A stretch of DNA of 64,000 bases, taken from Mobula birostris (taxonomy: Eukaryota). The stretch covers positions 27,583,821 through 27,647,820 of the forward strand of contig NC_092379.1 in NCBI RefSeq assembly GCF_030028105.1. The letters run 5' to 3'. The translations under genes and the position numbers were made by a program. Below the pieces are notes generated by a model. That model saw only the letters and a list, made by a program, of their open reading frames with translations. It did not search any database and had not been told where the DNA came from. Below, in pieces: positions 34,536-48,955 of this stretch. The first letter of the stretch is position 1. Every line of letters starts with the position of its first letter.

Positions 34536-35878
34536 TGGTACTTTATACATCAGTATACAGTTCAGTGCAGATATGGGCGGAAAATAGATCTGAGTTGAAT
34601 CTGCCAAAATTCCAAAATGGAAATACATAGTGCATTGCTATTACCAAACGATGCTCAGCGGAAATCGTTGGGGAACTAACAGAAGGGGGAAAAAAAAAAC
34701 ACATAAACTTTAGCGTGCACTTTAGACTGTTTCATTAAAATGTGCCCCTTTACTTTCTGTTTTCCTTACTAACCGTATAGTCAATTGGTAATTTGCATCT
34801 GGTGTACTGTCTCATATATATAACAGGGGAACACATTATGCAGCATCCAGACAAACAAGATTAAACAAGTTTGCCGGGGCCAGGAACTGACTTCCCCGAG
34901 ACTAACGTCGCCGGCCGAACCTCAGATTATTGGGACCTTGAATAAGTCTCGAAGGACAGAGCCATATTCGTAGGGGCGAATCCGATATAGGCAATCAGTA
35001 GGCTCGTACGCACGCTGGTGAATGTGAGTGAAATGGATGGAGAGAGGCAGATGTAGTTACTCTTCGCCGCCACTATCAAATGTCCGAGTATTATTTTACC
35101 AGGAACAATAGCTGGTTGCACATTTTTTTTTTGTGTGTGTAGTGCTCATTTCTATTGTAGTTCATAGCAACATTTCGCTTTAGTTCTGTACCGATGTCCA
35201 ACGATGTAATTCCCTTCACATAAGTCAGTTGTAAATAACAAACTGATTATGAGAGTCGTGCTTTAATAATCGTTTCAGTCTTTGAAAAATTGTGCTCATT
35301 CAGTACACATTCCCTTGAAAAATAGAAAAATAACTTATTCCAAACTGACACAGCGTAATCTCAGTTCATCATTGTATTACACTGTATACTCTGTAACTTT
35401 ATAACCAGTTAACTCTGCTATTATTATCCTACATAACCTTCTGATGTTTGAGCTTTATTGTAGGTTAGTGGATCATATCGCTGTGCTCGGCTGGAAACAG
35501 CTGATGAGATTTGTTTCCTCATTGAGTGTAACAGCAATCAACAGTACTGAGATCGCTTGCACAGGAGATGTCTTTGGTCTGTATAAATCAATGTAAAGGA
35601 CACATCACTCAACCGGCCTAGTGTGTTTTATCATGAGAGGAAAGCACTGGTTCACAGCAGAGAAATCGGCATGTTATGGAACGAATGGAAGTGTAGTTAC
35701 TCGGACAAATAACAGCAGTTTACTTTCCAATTTTATCAGGTTTCATTCTTCCCCGCCAGTGACTCTTCAGGTGTACCTATGGCAATTATCCTTCTTAACT
35801 TCATATTATCTGGTATTGAGTGATTGATAAGTTAACTTCGATTTCTGTTGTTGAGACATACACTCCTTGGTTACTTTA

Positions 35879-36526
35879 CATAGAAACATAGAAACATAGA
35901 AAATAGGTGCAGGAGTAGGCCATTCGGCCCTTCGAGCCTGCACCGCCATTTATTATGATCATGGCTGATCATCCAACTCAGAACCCCGCCCCAGCCTTCC
36001 CTCCATGCCCCCTGATCCCCGTAGCCACAAGGGCCATATCTAACTCCCTCTTAAATATGGCCAATATACTGGCCTCAACTGCTTCCTGTGGCAGGGAATT
36101 CCACAGATTTACCACTCTCTGAGTGAAGAAGTTTTTCCTAATCTCGGTCCTAAAAGGCTTCCCCTTTATCTTCAAACTGTGACCCCTTGTTCTGGACTTC
36201 CCCAACATCGGGAACAATCTTCCTGCATCTAGCCTGTCCAATCCCTTTAGGATTTTATACGTTTCAATCAGATCCCCCCTCAATCTTCTAAATTCCAACG
36301 AGTACAAGCCCAGTTCATCCATTCTTTCTTCATATGAAAGTCCTGCCATCCCAGGAATCAATCTGGTGAACCTTCTTTGTACTCCCTCTATGGCAAGGAT
36401 GTCTTTCCTCAGATTAGGTGACCAAAACTGCACACAATACTCCAGGTGTGGTCTCACCAAGGCCTTGTACAACTGCAGTAGTACCTCCCTGCTCCTGTAC
36501 TCAAATCCTCTCGCTATAAATGCCAG
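35879..36526 (-). mobile_element. Young CR1 3' fragment
   Basis: Uninterrupted YRSREVLLQLYKALVRPHLEYCVQFWSP...FFTQRVVNLWNSLP...GAGF*; tail (catagaaa)n on the plus strand. Confidence 0.92.
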
Positions 36527-36937
36527 ACCTCGCTGGTGTAAGTCGCATGAATCATTGTCCATGCCCAATCCGATAAAAGTTTGTTTATTTTAATGCATTC
36601 AGTTGTTGTCACATGTTTGGCTGAGTAGAATTTGTACGAACGAGTAGATGTGCCGAATAACAGGGCAAACGTGTGCATATTGAAGCCTTAAAGTACATCT
36701 GAATAAATTCGGTTTCTTATCGAAAATGCAGCACCAGACCATGGATTCTTGTTCTATTTTTTTGTTTCTCATTTATAAAAATGCTGGTGCATTGCGCGCA
36801 AAATTTTCCTCCAGAACCGCATTAGCAGTATAAGTTTCAACATTCAGAATCTGCGAGGAGGAGTCACGTAGCATGACCCTCAGACAAAACGGAGGAGTAA
36901 CTGAGCAGCAAGGAAGAATCTACGGAAAAGCGTAACC

Positions 36938-36973
36938 AGTCGACGTTTCGGGCCGAGACACATCTTCAGGACT
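36938..36973 (-). ncRNA. Variant hammerhead motif in an isolated pLTR remnant
   Basis: Minus strand reads agtc-CTGAAGA-t-gtg tctcgg ccc-GAAAC-GTC-gact; core intact, one stem II mismatch. Confidence 0.55.
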
Positions 36974-39900
36974 CCAATGCTTCCTACAGTAACGGAAGGA
37001 GAGTGCATTTTTTAAAGATGCAGAGGGTGTATTAGGAAAGGTAAGACACACTGATAGCCTATTGGGTTAGTGATGATAACCATGTGGCACAGGCTGCAAG
37101 ATTTCAGAACACAACTGGGAAAAAAAAATCAAAAGAGCTCTTCAAAGGTCTCCAGGCGGATGTGGCAGTCGACAAATTCTGCTCTCTGACGCTGTTATTT
37201 ATCAATTAGATAGTGCAGATGAGAACTCAATATTCCCGCCCGGCTGTGAAATTAGACTTGTTGTCGTAATGGATCTATATCACTGATGGATAGTACCATC
37301 AATGCGTGCGTGAGATTATGGAGATTCGTCCATGTTTTGACTTTGAAACTGAGCATAGAAAACACAGGGTTAATCTGGAAGTGAAGCCTTACTGTCACGT
37401 AGGTCGATTGGTTTCACTTTTCGTGTGGTAATAACTGAGTCGTTCATCCTTCACTGATTCAGGAAGAGTCTGAAACTCCCCGTTTGGCTTAGAGGTTGCG
37501 TTCTGGAGATTGTACCTTGATCTTGTGTGTCCTACTTAGTCCTCAGATCCGAACAACACTGAACAGATTACTGATATCAAAGTTAACCAGAACCTATGGT
37601 TGGGGAAGAAGTTGAATGATTTAGTGTGGCAAATTCGTTTTCGACTGTATTTTTGTTTTATAAAATCCATCACAACCGAGTGTATTTATTCATAACCTCT
37701 GATGAGTCTTTGCACACGGCCCAGTCTACCAAACAGAAACAACTACTGCATTGCTTGTGTCAATCCTGCGACGGCCACTTTGTTTTATTTATCTGCGGAG
37801 GCTTGCAATGTATTCTGTGCCTGCATGGCGTAGGGGAAAGAAGCTTAAGGGATGAGATTCTGCGAAATGCCATCTGGTCTTTGAACGGTATGCATGCCTC
37901 ATTTATGTATAAGCGTGGTCTCGCTTGCTGGGACCCCTGGTGCTGTAGATTTTATGCTGATTCCCGTTGTGATAACCTTTTTTTTTGAAAAAAAGCTGGA
38001 TTGATATCCCCAATTATAGTTAAATGTGTCGGACTGGCGTGTTTTTTTTTTTGTTTGTGAAGGCCTGTACTCATTATATCTGGTGTCTGTTTACCTTTTG
38101 CGTTTGGTGGTATGCAACTGTCCTCAGCAACGCAGAGGCGAACTATTTTTGTAAGTAGAACGAAAACGTATTCGTTCATTCCATTTTCGGGGTGAGGTAA
38201 CAGGATTGTGATAAAACCACAAAATCTGAGCCCGAAAAGATTTTATCATGAAGCAGAAGTTCATCCTTTACTTCTGGGAATCAATAGATCCGTCCTTCCT
38301 GTGTATCGAGAATCCTTCTGGATTTACCGATGCATCAGGATGTCCGTAAATGGCCATCTCCATGAAATGCAGAAGAATACAATCCCTTATTTCCATCCGA
38401 TAGAGCAATCTTGCTCTTAAACTTCAATCGTGTTCTCCAGCGACTGCACGTTTTCTCACAAGATGGTGCGTAGAGGGATTTCAATCCTCTGAGCTTCTGT
38501 CCTGTCACACTTCCATTGTGATTAAGTACTTTCTTCTGCTTACAGATGTGGTACTGAATGTTTGAGAGGAAAGTCTGCCGAGTCGTTCAGAATCTAGCAA
38601 AATCGCCGGATCACTAAGATGGTTGCAATGTACACTACGAAAGGAAAATTACCTGCTGCAGAGTTATGTGAGGGTAATGCACGAGAGGCTCATTTAAAAC
38701 TGTTGTAAGCAGCCCGAAGTATGTCAACTTGATTCGCCAGTGTAGTCACTGAGGGCAGGTTTACCTAGCCAGTCTCTATAGCTGAGAATCACATTATCAA
38801 ATGAAGAGTTATTAATTGTGGATGGCAATGAGAATGGAATTATACCGTCTTAAATCAATATTTGCTTAATCTTGATATTACTTTTCTGAGGATTTTTTAG
38901 GATCAGCGGCAAAGCGTATACAAGATAAAATAATTTCTTTCCGGAAAATATTGAGGCACTAGGTGTGTTTACGTAGCCGTACGTATTGCAGAAGCAGCTG
39001 TGGTGTTAAAGTTAAGTGCTACTTGTAACCTTATAGAACATCTGTGCAGTTACGAACTGTAGAATAACAATTTAGGGGTGCGTGTACTAGCAGGGGAGGA
39101 AAGAATCAGAGGGAGAAACGTATTAGAGATCTAATTGGGGGAGCAGCTTCTCGGATGGGCTCAGAGATCAGCACCAAAGTTTTTTTTTTCTCTGTCTCAC
39201 AGACAATAGTGCATGCATGGAATGCGCGGTCTGCTTGGAAGAAGCAAATAGATTAGTGTCTCAATAGATGCTTAGATAGACGCTTATGTATGAAGAAGAT
39301 CTGATATATTGACAATGTGTAGGAATGAAACACTAGTTCTGTTATTTGATCTGTCCTTACTTTCGGAAATGTCATATAAAGCGTCTGGTCGGCATCATTC
39401 CCTTAATTTGGCCTTCCTTTCACTGGAGACTGAGCCATCACTATTTTAGCTACGCAGCCAAAATGGAAATTACCATTACAGACCTCCGAAACCAAAATAC
39501 TGATAGTGCTGGAAGTCATGTGTCCTGTTACGAGGTTGAACATCTATAGAAACTAGTACATGCAAAGGAGCAGACCACCGACTGCTGACGGTGGCTGTGA
39601 ATGTGACTGATCAGGTTATTGATTTGCTTTTTTTTTCATCTTGAAAATAGCCGTTTCTGTACCTATTTTCCATGAGAAGAGACAAACAACATATTTCATC
39701 CACAGCTGTGCAGTGGAATTCTGGCGGAATGGTTTGAGTTCTGCGTACGGGTGATGAGTGTTTGGATTTTGTTGCCGCAGACGGCCTGGGAGAGAAGACA
39801 TTTGATACGTCTGAGCCGCTGTCAATAGGTCCTTAATTAGTTAGGTTATTAGATATGAGAGGTGAAATAAACCATGTATGCTGAAAAGGCGGAACAGACA

Positions 39901-40433
39901 CAATCATCCAAAAGGTCCAGTTCTGCTCCTACGTCTTATTATCGAATGGTCTTAAATGGGTATAAGCAATTTTATTCGATTCGGTAACATCACTCTAAAG
40001 TTCATTGACAAATTAATAATAATAATAAAAAAACAGATTTTAAGCATTCTGATAGCCAACATTACAGGTTAAATACACATGCAATAGTATGATTGGATTC
40101 AGAATCTGTTGACCACAATAATCTCTGTCAATAATTTGGTGCTGCATCACGAATGACTTGAAGCTCACTGACCTCCGTGACACGATTGAAGTCTTTGATG
40201 TAAGAGGATATCGACAGTTTGCTGAACATGATGTTATAAGAAAAGTTCCCTTTGTCCTATTTGTGGCAACTTAATATTACGCCTTCTTGTTTAGCACTCT
40301 TATGAATGTGGGCATTAAACGTTAATTGTCTTTATCGTGCACACTACTCACCGCAGCAATGTCCCTATACATGTGACGTTTATTGCGAATAACGTATTCC
40401 CCTGACCTTTGAATATTGGTGCTCTATGGTTAG

Positions 40434-40437
<4 letters not shown>

Positions 40438-40509
<72 letters not shown>
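40438..40509. repeat. (GA)n microsatellite
   Basis: About 36 GA units with one interruption. Confidence 0.95.
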
Positions 40510-41605
40510 TGTTCCCTGGTTGGGACATTATCTGTAAAACGCAAGAAAGAATAAATTTATATATTGCACTCATTGATAAATTTGTTAGGGGTATAATTCA
40601 GATGAAGGTGTACTGTCTTCCCCCGCTAACCTCAGTGTTGTGGAATCAATACCTATGAGGCACGGGGTTAATATGAGTCGGAGGAGAGATGATGCGATCC
40701 TGAGAGACAACTTTTACACCAAGTATATAAAACGAGCTGAAAGAGGGAGTGCTTGGCGGAAATACGATAACACAATTTAAATTTTAATTTGAAAGGTTCT
40801 TGGAAAAGAAAACTTTCAGAGTGATATGGACAAAATGCACCTAAATGTAATTACATTCGATGGTAATCTTGGTCTGGATTGCCAGTCATAAAAAGAGGCT
40901 CCTTTCCTGCCGCTCAAATCTATGAATCAATGACACTATTTCCGATGTTTAGTTTGCTGAAGTGACACTGAAAAATGCATTAGACTTTATGGTTACCGGT
41001 ACATCTGAAGATTTCTGTATGCCTGCCACTGGAAATTGCAACATATTTGGTGACAGAAATATGTCATTTTGTTTTGTCGCTCATGTTTGGTAGATCTATC
41101 TTCTGAATTAGTTGCTGAATTTTTCATTGTTTTTATTATCGACAATTTGTTTTTGCACAATCCATTCGGTACAAACACTGACCTTAACATGGTGTACACC
41201 CAGATGTTATCGCCCATAAAGAGGCACTCACGGGAGTTGTTCTTTTTTTTTTACCACTCCATGTAAAGAATGCAGAATGATGCATGCTGAAATCTCAGGA
41301 GTTCAGATGTTTCTGATATACTGAAACTACACCAACTGGCTCCATCAAATATTTCAAGGTCAAAATTCACTTCGACAACACTTTCACCAATCAATTGACA
41401 TTGTTGGCATTATTTTGTATACTGAGTTTTAGTATCGTTATTGATTGATTGGTTATTTGTAATAATAAATAGGTATACCTAATAAAGTGGCCGCGGGGTG
41501 GATTTCTCCAATGAACAGAATGTGAAGAGTGTTCTTTCTGCTTTGCAACATTAACCAATGACAGGACAATATGAAACAACACATATCAAAAGAAAAAATG
41601 TGATA

Positions 41606-42504
41606 TCATTTCTTATGTTTTTCGAATATTCCTTTTAGACATACGACGTGTTTAATGCCCTTCAAAAGCTCATTCCGGAACCTGCTTTGCGTTAGTCCAT
41701 ATATGCACGTGTTGGTGGAGGAACTGAGAAGTTGCAGCATGTATCCAACCTGTTGAAGAACATAGGGTGGAATGTTCAAGAACTTATTTGTGTAATTAAA
41801 ATTCTGTAATTGCCAATTTAATGAATGTACCATCTGCGTCATCCATAACAAGATGAAATTTGCAGATAACGCAAACAGAAAAATCATAGATTTTCTTCGG
41901 TTCTCCAGCTGTGGGTCCTTGTCACTATTGCGGAGTCCCTTGCGCACCCGACTTGATATTCTTATTTGTCGTACTGTTAGAATATTGCACAATAAGATTA
42001 AAACGATCGGCAACAATGGCGTTAAAATGCTATTGATGCACTGGTATGCCCTCCAGAAAGGTGAGGTCCAAAACATCGATTTTGCAATGCAATACCATGG
42101 CATATTGTTGGTAGTAATGACTGGTTTATATATGAAGAAAATGGGGATGCTTCTTAAAAAGCTCCCGAAAGTGACGGCTGATATAATTACAGACGCAGTT
42201 TTCTGGGAACAACATTTTCTTCTGAGATTCTGGCAGCAAATTGATATGAAACGATCAAATGTGAAAGCGACTGTAAACCAAACCGAACAGTCAACTGAGA
42301 CAACATACAGGACATGCCTGAGCGAGCAGACAGGAGTTAGAAACAAGAAACTAATGGGGAAATACATATTGTTAATCCGATGCATTATAATATCAGTGAT
42401 TATCACTGCAAGATCGGCCACTGCCATAGCCATAAAGTAATAAGTGATACATTTCGAAAGGCCACATCTTCTTCCAGATAGGACAACAATCGCCACAATA
42501 TTAA
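41606..42504 (-). CDS. Class A GPCR (GPR139/GPR142-like family), exon 2
   Basis: Acceptor ttttttcatag at 42505, phase 1. Open frame VNIVAIVVLSGRRCGLSKC..MAVADL..AFTFDRFISICC..PWYC..LTPLLP..LLSSSTNTCIYGLTQSRFRNEL..KHKK*, with TGA at 41608-41606; DRF and NTCIY variants of DRY and NPxxY. Confidence 0.9.
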
Positions 42505-45500
42505 CTATGAAAAAAAAACAGATCATTTTAATTATTTTGCAATTTGCAAGCTAACGTTCACTGTATTGTGGAATTTTAGAAATTCTATGATCTTGACATT
42601 TTCTCACGACATTTGTATTTATTTATTCATACCTTCATTTCCTGATGCATTGCTTAATGCATGTGCTTGTTTGTTTGTTTTTGTTTATTTTCCCTATTTT
42701 CCGACTTTATTTATTTAAGTATTCTGTCCTCATCTTTTTTTTTTACTTATTTAATTATTTTGAAACTCAGCGTGTACAGAAAGTGTTAGCTCTTCCAGCC
42801 GCAGCACCAACAACTCGCGTATTTAACCACATTTTGAAACTGATACTAATAATAGATACGTTTTGTACTGTGAGAGGAAGACAGTGCACCCATAGGAAAT
42901 TCACACATCAGCAGTGAGTACGTGCAGACTCCTATCAGTTGATATCGGATCTGAAATCTGAATTTCGACGCCCTGCACTGTGATAGTGTCGAACAAACTA
43001 GTGCACAACTGTGCACTGCCATAATTCGTGACTCAATTATTATCATAATTCAAATATAAAATTAAATGTCTCCTGTAGGAAATTACTCATTGTTGGAGTT
43101 CTGCCCCATATGAAGAAGTACATATATCAGCATGCGCAATATATCAACATAGCAATACAACAGGCAGACAGGTAAGAAACATTCGCGCTTAATAAGCGTA
43201 CAATAACATTGAATCTTACATGAAAAATCAAGGATCAATAAAATTCATCTGAGGGTGAAATAATCAATGTAAATCGCATGCTGTTATTGTATCGTGATTA
43301 GAGGATCATGCTTGTGCAAAACCGGTGGTTGAAGGGAATTAGCTGTTCTTGAAATTAGTGTTGCGGGATCCCACGCAGTTGTATCTCCTGCACGAGCGTA
43401 GTTTCGGGAATATGGAATGGCGCGGATGATAAGGGTTTTTGATGATGCCCGTGTTCTTGAAGCAGCACATCAAATAAGCAATTAACCTGGTATGAGGTGC
43501 GTTGGAGTAGGGGCGCTGCAAATCATGAATTAGGAATATAGGAATATTGCATTATGTGGAAAAGGTGGGATTGCGGATCAGAAGATAGAAGATGTAATTT
43601 AATTCCGAAAGCTACCAGACATTGCATTAGGTAGGACTTACGGGAGATACTCGAGCACTGCAGAGGGCCCAAGAGATACAAGTATATACATTTCCTCTAA
43701 AGTAGAAAATAAGTAAATGGGGTTGCAAGGAAGGCATTTACCACACTTGTTTACATCAGCCAGTGCATTAATTGCAAGCCTTCCGGACGTGATGTTACAA
43801 ACAAAATAGACTTTAGTCGGGCCACTCGTGAAATATTCTGTGCAGTCTTTAACGTTTCAGAAAAACGATGGTATTCATTGGGCTAGATGTGTGCAGAAAG
43901 TTATCACCAGAATGTTTTTGAGGTCCGGGGGGTTCGAATTTTGTGTTGGGGATTTGGATACACCTGTTAGAGGACGTGGCAACGTTGGGAACGACTGCAT
44001 CTCCTAAATGCAGATTTTGGCCTGTTCTGGTGGAAAATAAACATTCAAAATTGACCTTAGGTTCTGGAATTCAGGGACCATACACAAGAGCACTTGGTTA
44101 GAAACTTCTAGCAGGATATAAGATAAATAACAGCAAATGCTACATCGACAAGTAGGTTGCATTGTCAACATGAGCCAGCTGGGCCGCAGGATTTGCTTCT
44201 CTGCTGAATGGAATTGAGACAATTTATAACAGAGTTCAATATTTATTCTTAACAATAATATACAGATGTATTGAGTATGCTAGGAATAATTTTCCAAATG
44301 AGAAGTATAACACGTGAGCATCAGTAAACGATTCAAAACGCTGCACAAAGAACACGCTAAGTTCAAGAAATCATCAAAATATTAAATTAATGTTTTGACA
44401 TTTTAATATTTTACAAATTGTGTGGCATTGACTATACAATTTTGTGGGAGGTTGCATATTGACTAAACTCGGAAAACAGAAAATTAAATAACGAATTGAT
44501 CAATCTCCGGGCAGCAAAGAAGTAAATAAGAAAATGATGTATTACAAACAAGAGAAACAAGGAAAATAAATCAAATTAATTTCGCCGAGTGCTGTCCAGT
44601 TATGCCAATGATCAATAAAACTGTGTCAACATTTAAAATAAACAAATGAAATTCTAGTTAACAAAATAAATGTTTGAATTCAAATTGAGGAGTAAAAGTA
44701 ATGCCTAAAGGAGCAATCATCACGAACCAACAAATTAATATATTAAAGGTCCAGCTAAATTGTGTATTCACCTATATATTAAAAACGAACTGGACTGTCG
44801 ACTTTATTGTTATAAGCAAAAGGACGATCGTTTGATTGCAGTAGCATCACAGACACACCATATGCAATCATAATTCATGTGAGTAAATATAGCAAGATTA
44901 AATAGAACATATTTTTTTCCAATTGAAACGTATTTAAATACACGAGGACCAGGCTGATCGCTCTGCATTTTAGTGTAAGGTCGTCAAAGTGTATTGAATC
45001 GAATTACATCCATTGAATCAATAAACGAATGCCTGATATCTGCTGTACAACAGGGTGTTATCAGACTCAGGGATTCTGTAGCTGCTGTCCAATAGTCTCT
45101 GTTTCCACAATGCAAAATGTGCCTTAATATATCAGCATTAGGGATTTTGCAGTGCAACAATAATTTGTTTTCCTGAATGTTATGATATGAAATCAACATA
45201 AATAGAACAGTGATTGAAATGACGTCTTTTGTTAGTAAATTGATATATTGATACATTGATTTATTACTGTCCCTAATTTATGTGCGAAAATTGTCTTCCA
45301 TACCGTCTATAAAATGCTACAGCGCGTGAAAGGTAAAATAATGATACAATGGAAAAGAAGGTGTGACATAATAGATATGGTGCAGTGTAGATATACATGA
45401 AGATGTGAGGAAACGGAGCGTTAGATTGTCAGGACCACCTGAATCTGATAGCAACTATGAACCATTCAATACTATTATGACAGCGGTATAGATGTTCCAG

Positions 45501-46879
45501 AGAAGGTGGTCCGCATTTCAGGTGTGTCATGTACGGATTGATGAGCTTAGAAGAAAGACATATGTATTTTATGAGGTTACGTATGTGCAGACGAGGTGGA
45601 GTTCATGGTCCGGATATTGGACATCCTGATCTGCTGAGTTGTGTTCATTCTACTCTGCAGTACTTGAACTCAGTACTTTTTCTAGGTGTGTAAAACCTTA
45701 CATTCCGCCTCATGTAAATGCAGACTATTTGGCAAAAAAAAAAAAAAAAAAATCGGTAGGAATAGATAAACCCAGAGACGGGAAACTGTGGAAGTAGGAC
45801 AGTTGTGTTGGTTAAATGTAAATTAAGAGACATATAAAATGGAAGTAAGAATCGCATTTCATCGTTGATAAATCGTAAAATGTGCAGATAAGCAATGTTT
45901 AGTCAGACGTGGAGAAACTTAGCAACCTAAAAGTCCTGGCTAATAACATTTCTGTTCTGATTTCAGCAGATTGATGCAATCAAGAATTGGCACTCCCGTG
46001 TCTGTACGCCTTGGGTTTCAAAGAGATTTGGCATGCCATTGAATGCGGCAACTACGGCAGATCTCCTGCACAGAAATGCAAGTGGTATCCGAAGACAGAG
46101 GAGAAAGACTGTTCTGTAACGGGCGCTGACCTCACAACCACTGATAGCATTTACAAAAGCCATTACGTCAAGAGAGTCGCATTGGTTATCAAGCATCACT
46201 TTCATCCGAACAATAAAATATTCTTTAGTCGAAATTCTCGCACGAGAGAGAGTGTCAAATCTGCCATTATACCAGAACCAGTAATAACCAGCTGAAGTCC
46301 AATACCAACAGTTCTAATTGTGTCTATACATCAGGTTCTTGTATCTCCTTCAATCACCATAGCACTACTTCAACAATCAGACATTACAGTCCATTTTAAC
46401 TTCCATGCAATATGACTTAAAATTATAAAAATAAATAATTTATTTTTACATTTTCCTTTATAATAAAACGCTTTCTTCTCTGCCTTGTATTGTTTTCTAA
46501 ATGTGTCTCTGATTTACTCGGTTAAATAATAGTAAACACGAAAACGACTTGTTGAGCAGAGATCAATCAAAAGGCGGAAGTTATTGGGAGATATTTGAGG
46601 AATCTAACAGTTCAAGAGATAAGCAGTCGAAATAAGACAATGTACCATCTATGGAGATGACTTATGCTTCAGATAAATCAGTTCAAAGGCAATTTTTTTA
46701 AAAACCGATTTCTATATTGAGAGATGAGAACATAACTGATGATTCTCTAAACAGTACTGATAAAGACAAACAAAAGGACATTATAAAATTTAAATGCTCT
46801 CGAGTGACGGACGTTAACTTATTTATTTCCGGTATCATGCTAAGCTCAGCAGTGAAAATAGAAGTTAACATAATAGCAC

Positions 46880-48955
46880 TTGAATCCTAGGGGAACAATA
46901 TCCTGGCGGACAGATTTGAGAAGGCTACTGAGGTGACATTAAACAAGAATGGTTGAGAGGTGGGAATCAAATTGAAGAGACTAGGAGAGAGGAGGTTATT
47001 CACAAGTAGAGAGAGCTAGTAGACAATGTGTGAGGGAGGATAGGGAGAGAACGAAGATCGGGAGCACTGAGACCGAAGATGTAAGGGAGAAGGAATAAAA
47101 AAAAAAGTAGGCAGATTGGAGTAAAGGAGGTGCTTGAGGAATATAAAGAATGTAAGAAGAATCTTAAGAAAAAAAAATAGAAAAACTAAAAGAAGATATG
47201 AGGCTTCTTTGGCAAGTAAGGTGAAAATTAATCCAAAGGGTTTGTACAATTATATTAACAGCAGAAGGATAGTGAAGGATACAATTGGTCCCTTAGAGAA
47301 TCAGATTGGACGGATATATGCGGAGCCAAAAGAGATGGTGGACATTTTGAACAATTTCTTTTCTTCAGTATTCACTAAGGAGAAGCATATTGAATTGTGG
47401 AAGGTAAAGGAAGCAAGAAATGTAGTTACGGAAAGTATGATGATTAAAGAAGAGGAAGTACTGGCGCTTTTTAAGGAATATAAAAGTGTGTAAGTCTCCG
47501 GGTCAGGACATGATTTTCCCTGGGACCTTGACGGCAGTTAATGTGGAAATAATAGGGGCTTTGACAAAAATATTTCAAATGTCATTGGAAACGGTGATGG
47601 TCCAGAGGATTGGCGTATTGCTCATGTTGTTCCATTGTTTAAAAAGATTCTAAGAGTAAACCGAGCGATTATAGGCCTGTCAGTTTGACGTCAGTGGTGG
47701 GTAAATTGATGGAAAGTATACTTAGAGATGGTATATATAATTATCTGGATAGTCAGGTTCTGATTAGGAACAGGCAACATTGATTTGTGCGTGGAAGGTC
47801 ATTTTTTGAGAAACCTTATTGAATTTTTTCATGAGGTTACGAGGAAAGTTGACGAGTGTAAAGCGGCGGATGTTGTCAAAATGGACTGCAGTAAGGCCTT
47901 TGACAAGGTTTCACACAGAAGGTTAGAGAGGAAGGTTCAATCGTTAGGCATTAATATCGAAGACGTAAAATGGATTTAGCAGTGCCTGGATGGGAGACGC
48001 CAGAGAGTAAGTGGTGGATAACTGTTTGTCAGGTTGGAGGCCGGTGACTAGTGGTGTGGCGTTGTGGATAATCAAGTGGGTTTTCAAAGCTTGCACAGAG
48101 ACTTAAGCCAGTTAGAAGAGTGGGCTGAAAGATGGCAGATGGAGTTTAATGCTGAAAAATGTGAGGTGCTACATTTTGGTGGGACTAATCAAAATAGGAC
48201 ATATATTGTAAATGGTAGGGCATTGAACAAGGCAATAGAACAGAGCGATTAAGGAATAATGGTGCATAGTTCCCCGAAGGTGGAACCTCATGTGGATAGG
48301 GCTGTGAAGAAAGCTTTTGGTATGCTCGCCTTTGTAAATCAGAGCATTGAGTATAGGAGTTGGGATGTAATGTTGAAATTGTATAAGGCATTGGTGAGGC
48401 CAAATTTGGAGTATTGTCTACAGTCCTGGTAACCGAATTATAGCAAATATGTCAATAAAATTGAGAGAGTACACAGGATATTTACCAAAACGTTGTCTGG
48501 GTTTAATCTCCTAAGTTCCAGAGATAGGGGGAACAAGTTAGGTGCTTATTCTTTGGAGCGTAGAAGGTTGAGAGGGTACTTGATAGAGGTATTTAAAATT
48601 ATGAGGGGGATTGATAGAGTTGACGTGGGTAGGCTTTTTCTATTGAGAGTGGGGAAGATTCAAACAAGAGGACATGAGGTGAGGATTAAACGGCAAAAGT
48701 TTAGGGGTAACATGAGGCGAACTTCTTTACTCTAAGAGTGGTAGCTGTGTGGGACGAGCTTCCAGCAGAAGTGTTTGAGGCAGTTTCGATGTTGTCATTT
48801 AAAGTTAAATTGGATAGGTATATGGACAGGAAAAGAATGGAGGGTTATGGGCTGAGTGCAGGTCGGTGGGACTAGCTGAATGTAAGAGTTCGGCACGGAC
48901 AAAAATGACCGAGATGGCCTGTTCCCGTGCTGTAATTGTTATATGGTTATATGTA
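46880..48955 (+). mobile_element. Decayed CR1 LINE
   Basis: INPKGLYNYINSRR, LNNFFSSVFTKE, DCSKAFDKVSH, QMEFNAEKCEVLHFG and SLERRRLRGYLIEVFKIMRG; tail gtaattgttatatggttatat. Confidence 0.9.

Noticed and set aside
35094-35121. QPAIVP-g|gtaaaa resembling the end of GPCR exon 1
   Set aside because: Only ~6 codons of similarity, with no upstream YYP motif or downstream exon.
38208-38420. Minus-strand YTGRTD / NFCFMIKSFRAQ as an IgV remnant
   Set aside because: Motifs lie in different frames with stops; no cysteines or RSS.
41853-42440. 195-aa plus-strand ORF
   Set aside because: Antisense shadow of the GPCR exon.
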